Shown: piece by piece, positions 55,648-63,546 of the stretch
Position numbering within the stretch: position 1 is the stretch's first letter
Layout: each line of letters starts with the position of its first letter
Origin: an uncultured Chloroflexia bacterium
Lineage (GTDB): Bacteria; Chloroflexota; Anaerolineae; Anaerolineales; E44-bin32
Reading direction: 5' to 3'
Assembly (NCBI GenBank): GCA_963777165.1
Contig: CAVZPO010000021.1
Location: 140,187-204,186, forward strand
Length of the DNA: 64,000 nt
Position numbers and translations under genes: made by a program
Notes under the pieces: generated by a model
The model's input: the letters and a program-made list of their open reading frames with translations, nothing else
The model's database searches: none
What the model was told of the DNA's origin: nothing

Positions 55648-57391
55648 CTAATGCCCCAACATCAGATGTTCCACGAAGGGTCCGAGCGACAGCGCCGGGA
55701 TGAAGCTCAGCGCGCCGACAATGATGATGACGCCGATCAGCCAGGCAATGAACAGCGGCGTGTGCGTGGAAAGCGTTCCGGCCCCTGCCGGCACCTTCTT
55801 CTTGCGCACCAGCGATCCGGCGATCGCCAGGGCCGGGATGGCCAGCCAGTATCGAGCAAGGAACATGGCGACCCCCAAGGAGGTGTTGTAGAAAGGCGTG
55901 TTCACGCCGATCCCGGCAAAGGCACTTCCATTGTTGTTGGATGCCGACGAGAAGGCATAGAGGACCTCGCTGAACCCGTGCGCTCCGGGATTGAAGATCG
56001 TCTCCTGCCCGGCAGGGACGGCTACCGCCGCTGCCGTTCCGATCACCACGAGAACGATCGGGATCAGGATCATCAGCGACGCCATCTTCATCTCAAAGGC
56101 CTCGATCTTCTTTCCCAGGTACTCCGGCGTGCGGCCGACCATCAGCCCGGCGACAAACACTGCCACGATGACGAAGGCCAGCATGCCGTACAGCCCGGAC
56201 CCCACCCCTCCGTAGATGATCTCGCCCAACTGCATCATGAACAGCGGAACGAACCCACCCAGCGGCATGAACGAGTCGTGCATCGAGTTGACCGACCCGT
56301 TGGAGGCGGCGGTCGTGGCCGTGGCCCACAGGGCCGAGTTGGCGATGCCGAAGCGCGCCTCCTTGCCTTCCATGTTGCCGCCAGGCTGCAGGGTACTTGC
56401 CTGCTGATCGACGCCCAGCGCGGCGAAGGCCGGGTTGCCGCTCTGCTCGGCCCACACGGCGATCCCCAGCATCACCACAAAGATGGCCGTCATCGCCGCC
56501 AGCAGTGCCCAGCCCTGGCGCGTGTCACCGACCATCTTGCCGAAGGTGTAGACCAGCGCCGCCGGGATCAGCAGGATCGACAGCATCTCCAGGAAGTTGG
56601 AGAACGGTGTCGGGTTCTCGAACGGGTGGGAGGAGTTCACATTGAAGAAGCCCCCACCATTGGTCCCCAGCTGCTTGATGGCGACTTGCGATGCCGCGGG
56701 GCCGACGGCCAGCACCTGCTGCGCCACGGCCCCGCCGTTCGAATCGGTTGTCGGCTGCAGCAGGTTCACGGTCTCATAGGTGCCGAAGGTCTGCACCACG
56801 CCTTGCGAAACCAGCAGGACCGCCAGGACGAACGCAAGCGGGAGCAGGATGTAGAGCGTGGTCCGCACCATGTCCACCCAGAAGTTGCCGATGGTCTTCG
56901 AGGAGTGCCGGGCGATGCCGCGGATCAACGCCACCATCGCCGCCATCCCGGTGGCGGCGGAGACGAAGTTCTGTACCGTCAGGGCAAACATCTGGGTCAG
57001 GTAGCTCATCGTCACTTCGCCGCCGTAGCCCTTGCCAGTTGGTGTTGGTGGCGAAGCTGACGGCCGTGTTCCAGGACGAGTCGGGCGTGACGGCCCCGAG
57101 GGCCTGCGGATTGAGCGGCAGGAATGCCTGCAGCCGCTGCAGGGCATACACCGCCAGCAGCCCCAGGACGTTGAAGACCATGAAGGCGATGGCGTAGGTT
57201 CTCCACCCCATCTCTTCATTGGAGCGCACGCCCGTAATCCGATACACCAACCGTTCCACCGGGCCAACGACTGCATCAAGGAACGTCCGCTCCCCCTGGT
57301 AGACACGGGCCATGAAAGTCCCCAGCGGCTTGGCCAGAAGCAGGAGCACGACAATGTAGAGAACGAGTTGAAACCAGCTTGCCGCGTTCAT
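55648..57391 (-). pseudogene. kdpA: K+-transporting ATPase subunit KdpA, +1 frame shift in a C-run at 57029-57031
   Basis: The N-terminus through [16 protein letters not shown] is in one frame. [27 protein letters not shown]...[19 protein letters not shown]...NNNGSAFAG continues in the next frame. Removing one G from CAAGGGCTAC restores NWQGYGGE. ATG 57391 overlaps the kdpF stop. The span is 1744 nt. Confidence 0.9.
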
Positions 57392-57480
57392 CCGAACCAC
57401 TCCGGCTTGAGCATGGCGAAGACCAGGTAGACGAGCAGCGCCAACGAGATCAGTCCGGCTGCAAGGTAGAGGACGCTCAT
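57388..57480 (-). CDS. kdpF: K+-transporting ATPase subunit KdpF
   Basis: 30 aa, MSVLYLAAGLISLALLVYLVFAMLKPEWFG: a single TM peptide directly coupled (ATGA) to kdpA. Confidence 0.7.
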   Translation of the reverse strand: MSVLYLAAGLISLALLVYLVFAMLKPEWFG

Positions 57481-57575
57481 GGGTTTGTCTCCATCAGCCG
57501 GTCGCAGACGACGATCAACCCCCACGAGAGGGCGAACAGGACCAATGTGAAGCCAATGTACGCAAGATCCATCAT
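57477..57575 (-). CDS. candidate 32-aa single-TM micro-protein upstream of kdpF
   Basis: GAAGGAG 7 nt upstream of ATGATG. MMDLAYIGFTLVLFALSWGLIVVCDRLMETNP. Its TGA overlaps the kdpF ATG (ATGA). Confidence 0.35.
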   Translation of the reverse strand: MMDLAYIGFTLVLFALSWGLIVVCDRLMETNP

Positions 57576-58263
57576 GGGCCGGCTCCTTCACGATCGCATC
57601 ATTGGGCGACAAAGCCCAGTCTATCGAGGGCGATGGCAAAGTAGGGACAAAGACTCCTCATTTCGGGTCAAGGACTTGTCAAGATACCGTGGACGTGAGT
57701 TCTTCCCGGGGTGAGAGGGAGGCAGTGGAGCAGCGAGCAGGCCTGGCGGGACTCCTCCCTATGGTCAAGTTCATGTTCACAACACACCTGGCATAAGGAA
57801 CTCATGCTGCAAGCTGCACAATTCGGAGCCAAGGGATCAAGTTGTACCGTCCCTGCGACGCGCCGTGGATGAGAAGGGCTCCATTGCCTGAGCCTGTGAC
57901 GGCACCGCGCAGGCCCGTCAGCGAGCCCGCTCCACGATCCGCCTTCGCCTGGATACGCCGTCGGCCGTCCTACAGGAGGCTATAGGACATACTTTGGGGT
58001 TTGGATGTGCTTCGCGACGGCGATGAGGCAGCCTACCGCGCATCGGGCTTGAGTTCGAACTGCTCCACTTCCAAGAGGAGACAATCGATTCTACTTCGTC
58101 CATGACGGGCAGCTCTATGAACTCACCCTCCTTCACACTGGCAAGGAGGACCGGGGCGTGCACAATCGCTTCCTGGACAGCTTTGCTTTTCAGAAGCAGC
58201 GGCGCGTTCGCGCCATCCGTTGCCCTAAGCCACGCTGCCCGCCCTTCGCACGCCGGCAGCGCC

Positions 58264-58683
58264 TTATCCGGGTCGACGCCAGGCGAGGACAAACGCGAGG
58301 AGGAGCAGCGCAAGCCCCGCGCCGTCAAAGACGATGAAGCGCAGCGCCGTAGACGAAAGCGCGGCATGCCCGGCCGAAAGCGAGGCGAGGATCCAGCTCT
58401 CACCAACCAGGCCGATCATCTGCTGGGCCAGGATCACTCCGAACAGCCCTGCGTGACGAGCAGGATGTGCAACGACCGGCACGTAGGCCGCACACCACAT
58501 CAGGAACAGGATGCCGATCGCACGCACCATCGCCGCCCCGGCTGCACCGGTCAGTTCGAAGGCAGCCGCGTATCGATCCGGGTGGAGCACATAGGGGATT
58601 GCGGCGCTCAGGTTCGAGATCAGGACAAGCCCGACTGCAACGCGCGCCGCCCACACGCGCCCGGGTTCGGGCTGCGAGTTCAT
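58264..58683 (-). CDS. hypothetical 4-TM membrane protein
   Basis: 139 aa with four hydrophobic segments. Last gene of the minus-strand cytochrome operon. No family recognised. Confidence 0.45.
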   Translation of the reverse strand: MNSQPEPGRVWAARVAVGLVLISNLSAAIPYVLHPDRYAAAFELTGAAGAAMVRAIGILFLMWCAAYVPVVAHPARHAGLFGVILAQQMIGLVGESWILASLSAGHAALSSTALRFIVFDGAGLALLLLAFVLAWRRPG

Positions 58684-58768
58684 GCTTGCCCCCCGGCGCC
58701 GTCACCTGCGGCTTCCCGTTCCCGGGTGACGCTTGGGATGGCGCGGACCTCCGGGCTCGAGGCAACCT

Positions 58769-59275
58769 TCATCCGCGATCCTTCCATGCCGGGCGCGGCA
58801 GCCAGCGCGGGACGCGTTTCAAGTAGTCGTCGTACGCACCGCCCAGCCGTCGACGCGTCGCCGGCTCTTCCACCCGCACCAGGAACACGTGCATGGCGGG
58901 CAGGAAGGCCAGGGCGATTGCCAGCAGCGTCGCCGAGCCCCGCCACATCGAGAGCCCGAGCAGCAGCGCGAACGCCCCGAGGTAGATCGGATTGCGCACG
59001 TGACGGTAGGGTCCCTGGGCCACGAGAGTCGTCGGAGGGTCCCCGAAGCCGCCGGTCGAGCGTGCGATGAGCAAGAGCGTCGCTTCCGCCCAGCCGATGA
59101 GCGCCAAACCGAAAGTCATGGCAGCCAACCCCGGCAGCCTCAGCCCGCCAGGCAAGCCGAGGCCGAGCCGCGCATCGATCTTCCAGGCGAACAGGACGAC
59201 GGCAACCACCATGGTTGAGGCCGTCGCCAGGATCATCCCACGGGCCGGGTGCGATCGCGGAGGGGTCTGAGCCAT
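58769..59275 (-). CDS. isoprenylcysteine carboxyl / phospholipid methyltransferase family (ICMT/PEMT-like) membrane protein
   Basis: LVAQGPYRHVRNPIYLGAFALLLGLSMW....EEP.TRRRLGGAYDDYLKRVPRW is the family signature. Confidence 0.75.
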   Translation of the reverse strand: MAQTPPRSHPARGMILATASTMVVAVVLFAWKIDARLGLGLPGGLRLPGLAAMTFGLALIGWAEATLLLIARSTGGFGDPPTTLVAQGPYRHVRNPIYLGAFALLLGLSMWRGSATLLAIALAFLPAMHVFLVRVEEPATRRRLGGAYDDYLKRVPRWLPRPAWKDRG

Positions 59276-59314
59276 GTTCGGCGGTGTCGAACGCGCGGCC
59301 GAGGGCCGGCCGCG

Positions 59315-60226
59315 TTACTTCGCCGCCTCCTCCGGCCCGAGCAGGACGAACAGCCCGAGCGAACCCATGTTGGCAAATAGCAGCGGCGCCAGGAACGGCG
59401 CGCCGCGGATGAAACGCTCGCCGACGAAGACCCCCGCGGCGGTCAGGTCGTCGATCACGTGCAGCACCGCGCCGACGACGCCTACGGCGATCATCAACAC
59501 CATTGCCCCGGCGAAGATCGCCAGATCCGCCCGTCGGCGCCGCTCGGTCATCCCCATTCCGGCAGCGACGACCGTCCCGAACACCCCGGCGGCGGTTGGC
59601 AGCCACAGCCACGGGTTGACGAACCCGGTCCGCGCGTGATCGAGCACGCTGCTGATGACCGTCGCCAGGCTGCCCATGCCGACCATGAAGAAGTACGCCT
59701 GCGATTTGCTGTAGGGCAGCGCCAGCCTCCGGCGGCCGGTCAGGCTCAGTACGCCGCTATCGGGTGGATCTTCCACCCACGCGGCGCTGATGCCAAGCAG
59801 CCCGGTTAGCGAAAACGTCAAAGGACCGAGGATCGGGGGCGCCCACACCAGCAGATCGACCGAGACCTGCTCACCCGGCACCGCCTGGGGCAGCAAGGCG
59901 CGGCGCAGGTGGAAGTAGGCGCCCATCAGACCAACGACGATGCTGGCCCCCAGGACGACGGTGGCAATCGACGATGCCAGCGGCCGCCGGCGCAAGGCGA
60001 TCAGCCCGGCGATCAGCAGCAGGCCCCCGGCGACCGGGCCGAAGATGATCGGGATCCATTCGTAAGAGCGAATCGTCCCGCTGATGTTGTGCGCCAGGTA
60101 GGTATCGATTCCGAGGAACACTTCATTGACCGCTGCCATCAGCAGCATCATCTGGTCGCGCGTCAGCGGCAACCACCGACGCCTCAGCCCATCGAGTGGC
60201 AGGGAGAGCTCCGCCAGCAGCGTCAT
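59315..60226 (-). CDS. 8-TM membrane protein with internal duplication and four conserved His (candidate di-heme b / quinol-interacting partner)
   Basis: ATG 60226 overlaps the cytochrome stop (ATGA). Half 1 reads ..YLAHNISG..YEWIPIIFGPVAG...ALRRRP...GLMGAYFHLRRAL...APPILGPLTF. Half 2 reads ..VLDHARTG..WLWLPTAAGVFG...TERRRR...GVVGAVLHVIDDL...APFLAPLLF. Confidence 0.55.
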   Translation of the reverse strand: MTLLAELSLPLDGLRRRWLPLTRDQMMLLMAAVNEVFLGIDTYLAHNISGTIRSYEWIPIIFGPVAGGLLLIAGLIALRRRPLASSIATVVLGASIVVGLMGAYFHLRRALLPQAVPGEQVSVDLLVWAPPILGPLTFSLTGLLGISAAWVEDPPDSGVLSLTGRRRLALPYSKSQAYFFMVGMGSLATVISSVLDHARTGFVNPWLWLPTAAGVFGTVVAAGMGMTERRRRADLAIFAGAMVLMIAVGVVGAVLHVIDDLTAAGVFVGERFIRGAPFLAPLLFANMGSLGLFVLLGPEEAAK

Positions 60227-61518
60227 GGCGCCGAGCCCGCCGCGGCCGCCTCCAACTTGGCCGCCGCCATCTCCTTGAGATCGGACAGGTCTTGGAGCAG
60301 CTCGTAGATGCCGTGCCACTGGGTGTAGTCCGGTCCCTGCATCCACACGCCGAACTTGGCCGTCCGGCCCCAGTAGTGCCAGACGTCGAAGTACTTGAAG
60401 TCGATCGGCTCGTCGAACGGCTCGACCGTCAGCAGCCCCTGCTGCTTGAGCGGCTCCATGACGGCGTCGCTCTCACGCACGCGCTCGTTCACTGCCTCGG
60501 TGGCGGCATCCGCCGCAGCGTAGAAGTCCGCCAGGAAGGTCTCGTTGTGGCACTCGCGGCATACGGCCTGCATGCGCGTCAGGTTGTCCTGCCAGGAGGG
60601 CCGGCGTTGGCTGAGCGGCGAAAACAGGTACCACGTCAGTCGGTCACCCACATCGTGCGTCGTCCCCGCGGCGCCGAATCCGCTCAGATGGCACGTGGCG
60701 CACGTCGGCGCCGGGAAGTCCTGGACGGTCAGCGTGCCGGGTTCGGCCTCCCAGTTCCAGCGGTCGCCGCCGGTGGCATAGGCGATGCCGTGCGGCGACT
60801 CCTGGTAGATCTCCCACTGGGGGTGATCCGGGCCGATGTGGCAGGCGTTGCACGTCTCCGGCTTGCGCGCCTGTTCCAGGCTGAACTCGTGGCGCAGGTG
60901 GCACTTCTGGCACTCGCCGACCGAGCCGTCCGCCGCCGGGCGACCGATGTCGTGACAGGTCTCGCAGGCGAAACGGGTGAGATCCTGTCCCTCGATGGCA
61001 TACAGCGCGTGGCGGCTCTTGTCGGGCGCGAACGAACCCTCCGGGACCGCCTGGTAAGCCGCACGCTGTGTTTCGGTCAGCGGTTCGATACCGACCACCG
61101 CCACATACGCGGGTAGGGAGTGGCGGCTGGCGTTGTACTGCGCCACCTCCGGCCCATGGCAGCGTTGACACATGGCCGTGCTGGGTGAGCCGAGGATGAT
61201 GGACCCTTCGTGTTCGACGGCGCCGGCGTAGCCGCTGCTCACCTCGTGGCAGTCACGACACGTCACCTTGGCGGCGGCCATCGTGCTGCCGCCGTACTGT
61301 TCCACGATGCCCGGTGTTGCCTGGCGATGGCAAGCGACGCATTCGTCCGCGCTCCCGGCAAGCGCATTGGGGCGCCCCTCAACCGCAGCGGCCGAGGTGG
61401 TGGCGCCTACCACTGCCTGGGCGATCAGAATCACACCCAGGGTGATGATCACCGCTACCAGCCCGACAATCAGCAAACGCGCAGAGCGCAGACGGCCTCC
61501 GGTATCCGACTGTGCCAT
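60223..61518 (-). CDS. membrane-anchored octaheme c-type cytochrome, hydroxylamine-oxidoreductase (HAO)-like
   Basis: GGAGGGTGGG precedes ATG 61518. N-terminal TM anchor. Eight CxxCH motifs: CVACH, CRDCH, CQRCH, CETCH, CQKCH, CNACH, CATCH, CRECH. C-terminal helical region with FDVWHYWGRTAKFGVWMQGPDYTQWHG. Confidence 0.8.
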   Translation of the reverse strand: MAQSDTGGRLRSARLLIVGLVAVIITLGVILIAQAVVGATTSAAAVEGRPNALAGSADECVACHRQATPGIVEQYGGSTMAAAKVTCRDCHEVSSGYAGAVEHEGSIILGSPSTAMCQRCHGPEVAQYNASRHSLPAYVAVVGIEPLTETQRAAYQAVPEGSFAPDKSRHALYAIEGQDLTRFACETCHDIGRPAADGSVGECQKCHLRHEFSLEQARKPETCNACHIGPDHPQWEIYQESPHGIAYATGGDRWNWEAEPGTLTVQDFPAPTCATCHLSGFGAAGTTHDVGDRLTWYLFSPLSQRRPSWQDNLTRMQAVCRECHNETFLADFYAAADAATEAVNERVRESDAVMEPLKQQGLLTVEPFDEPIDFKYFDVWHYWGRTAKFGVWMQGPDYTQWHGIYELLQDLSDLKEMAAAKLEAAAAGSAP

Positions 61519-61616
61519 CCCACCCTCCGTGGTTCCAAAGTCCCTGCCAAGGGTCAAGGATCCATGTCTTATATAGCACAATCGTTCAGCGGAGCACAAT
61601 AACCTGCGTCAGTCCC

Positions 61617-62053
61617 TCAGCCCAAGAACCGGTCCTCCCAGCCTGGCACCCAGAGCAGGCAGGTCGAGCGCCGACCGAACCAGCGCCGTCGCCGGCTGGC
61701 GATCAGCGCGTAGGCCGCGTCGCGTAGCGGACGGGGGACAAGCCACAGTCCTGCCAACGCCGGCCAGGGGAGCGGAAGCAGGCGGCAGATCCGCAGCACG
61801 GCATCCGATCGGCTCCAGCAGCGAGCTCCTTCGACGAGCACCACCGTCGAATAGCTCGCCGTATTGTGCAGTCCGCCCCCGCCAGCAGTCGGCGTCCGGC
61901 GTCGGATTGCAGGGCGGCGAATTGGAAGCGCCCGCGGCGATCGCGCGGCAGGATGAAGGCGACCACCGAGGCGCACAGGTTGCACTCGCCGTCGTACAGG
62001 ATGACCAAACTGCCTTCGTCGATGGCGGAGCTGAGCGGCGGCATCGGCCGCAT
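61617..62053 (-). pseudogene. DCC1-like thiol-disulfide oxidoreductase (DUF393), -1 frame shift near 61873-61883
   Basis: LVILYDGECNLCASVVAFILPRDRRGRFQFAALQSDAGRRLLAG in one frame. GGGLHNTASYSTVVLVEGARCWSRSDAVLRI...VPRPLRDAAYALIASRRRRWFGR is in another. The junction lies in the ccgcccccgcc run. The span is 437 nt. Confidence 0.75.
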
Positions 62054-62201
62054 TACGTCTGCGTGTTTGGAGACAGCCGATGGAATGGCGCCGGGTCTGC
62101 GGCCGGATAGCTCCACACGAGACAGGAATGTTGACTCGCGTGGCACAGGGGCTCGCGCGGCTCGGCGCCATCCATCCAGGCGCTGGAGGGGTGCTCCCGC
62201 A

Positions 62202-63545
62202 TCACTCGTACTTGAGTGCGTCGACGGGGGAGAGCGTGGCGGCGCGCAGTGCGGGGTACAACCCGGAGAGCAGGCCGATCAGCGTGGCGAAGATCAACGC
62301 CGCGATCGGCAGCCAGAGGGGCGTGAAGACGGCGACGGAGGGAGGCGGCGCACCTCCGGACTGGGCCGCCTGCCCTGCCAGGTAGGCCAACGCCACGACG
62401 TTGATCGCCTGCCCGCCCGCCCACCCGAGCAGCGTGCCTCCCAGCCCGCCCAGGAAGCCGATGCCGGAGGCTTCGCCGAGAAACACGCCCAGCACGTCGC
62501 GGTTCGTCGCCCCGACGGCCTTCATCAATCCGATCTCGCGCGTCCGCTCCAGGATCGCCATCGCCATCGTGTTGGCGATCCCGATCGCCGCCACCAGCAG
62601 CGCGATGGCGCCCAATCCGCCGAAGACGACCTGCAGGACGAGGAAGAAGCTGCTGATGCCCTGAATGTAGGACATGGGCGAGAAGGCCTGGTACCCCAGG
62701 GCCGTGATCGTCTCGGACAGATCGGAGACGACCGACACGTCCTCGGCTTTGACCATCGCCAGCTGGTAGCCGTCGCGATTGCGGTCGATCCGCCGGCCCA
62801 TCGCCCACTGGTTGAAACCGGTCACTTCGTCCAGCGGCATGAAGATCGACCAGTCGGGTTCGTCGCGCGTCTCGGCCAGCACGCCGACCACGCGAACCTG
62901 GAGGGACTTGCGGACTTCCTCGCCCTCGCTGGTCCACTTGATCAGCGTCAGCTTGATCGTCTGCCCGAGCAGGTCCGGCGGCTCAGGGATCGTCTGTCCC
63001 GGGCGTGGCCGCGGGTAGTAGAAGCTCTGCGGGACCATCGCCCCAATCACGATCGTCCCCTTGGCCAGGGTCCGTTCGCCGCCCTGGAGAGGAATGTCGA
63101 GCGCCTCCAGGTAGTCCGGAGGAACGCCCAGCACCCCGGTGCGCGCCTCCAGCTGCCCGCTGCTGAAGACGCTCTCGAGGTTCAGGTAGTCGCGCGGGAA
63201 GACCGCCTGGACCCCTTCCAATGCCGCCAGGTCCTTGAGCGTCTGAGGCGTGATCAGTGAAACCTGCGACGGCCCGGTCGCATTGACCGCGACCGCGTAC
63301 CCGCCGCCCCCGCCGCCCCCACCGCCGTAGAACTCCCCGCCGTATTGCGGCGAGACCTGGATCAGAGTCAGATCGCTGATGCCGCCAAGCTGCTCGGTGG
63401 CATTGCGCTGCAGGCCGATGCCCAAAGACACCAGCACGACGACCGCCGCCGTGCCGATCACGACACCAATCGCCGTCAGGGCGACGCGCGCCTTGCGCCG
63501 CCCCAGGTTATCCGCGATCAGCCGCAGCAGATCGATCAGCCGCAT
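62202..63545 (-). CDS. ABC transporter permease, FtsX/MacB type
   Basis: N-terminal TM (RKARVALTAIGVVIGTAAVV), a large extracytoplasmic domain containing a 9-Gly run, and a C-terminal FtsX 3-TM bundle (REIGLMKAVGATNRDVL). Confidence 0.8.
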   Translation of the reverse strand: MRLIDLLRLIADNLGRRKARVALTAIGVVIGTAAVVVLVSLGIGLQRNATEQLGGISDLTLIQVSPQYGGEFYGGGGGGGGGYAVAVNATGPSQVSLITPQTLKDLAALEGVQAVFPRDYLNLESVFSSGQLEARTGVLGVPPDYLEALDIPLQGGERTLAKGTIVIGAMVPQSFYYPRPRPGQTIPEPPDLLGQTIKLTLIKWTSEGEEVRKSLQVRVVGVLAETRDEPDWSIFMPLDEVTGFNQWAMGRRIDRNRDGYQLAMVKAEDVSVVSDLSETITALGYQAFSPMSYIQGISSFFLVLQVVFGGLGAIALLVAAIGIANTMAMAILERTREIGLMKAVGATNRDVLGVFLGEASGIGFLGGLGGTLLGWAGGQAINVVALAYLAGQAAQSGGAPPPSVAVFTPLWLPIAALIFATLIGLLSGLYPALRAATLSPVDALKYE

Positions 63546-63546
63546 G

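Noticed and set aside
57576-57800. c-di-AMP (ydaO-type) riboswitch or other known leader in front of the kdp operon.
   Set aside because: I could not find the conserved paired ACGGGG/CCCGAA-type core elements by eye. Only generic sequence is present. This needs cmscan, and I do not claim it.
57918-58406. 162-aa minus-strand ORF overlapping the 3' end of the 58264-58683 gene.
   Set aside because: It overlaps a better-supported membrane-protein gene on the same strand in another frame. It has no start context, and only a short central stretch looks protein-like. I treated it as part of the unassigned region finding instead.
14670-62053. Programmed ribosomal frame-shifting as the explanation for the split genes.
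   Set aside because: None of the junctions has a slippery heptamer, a prfB-like SD plus stop context, or a downstream pseudoknot that I could see. The affected families are not known to use recoding. Indel error or mutation is the simpler explanation.
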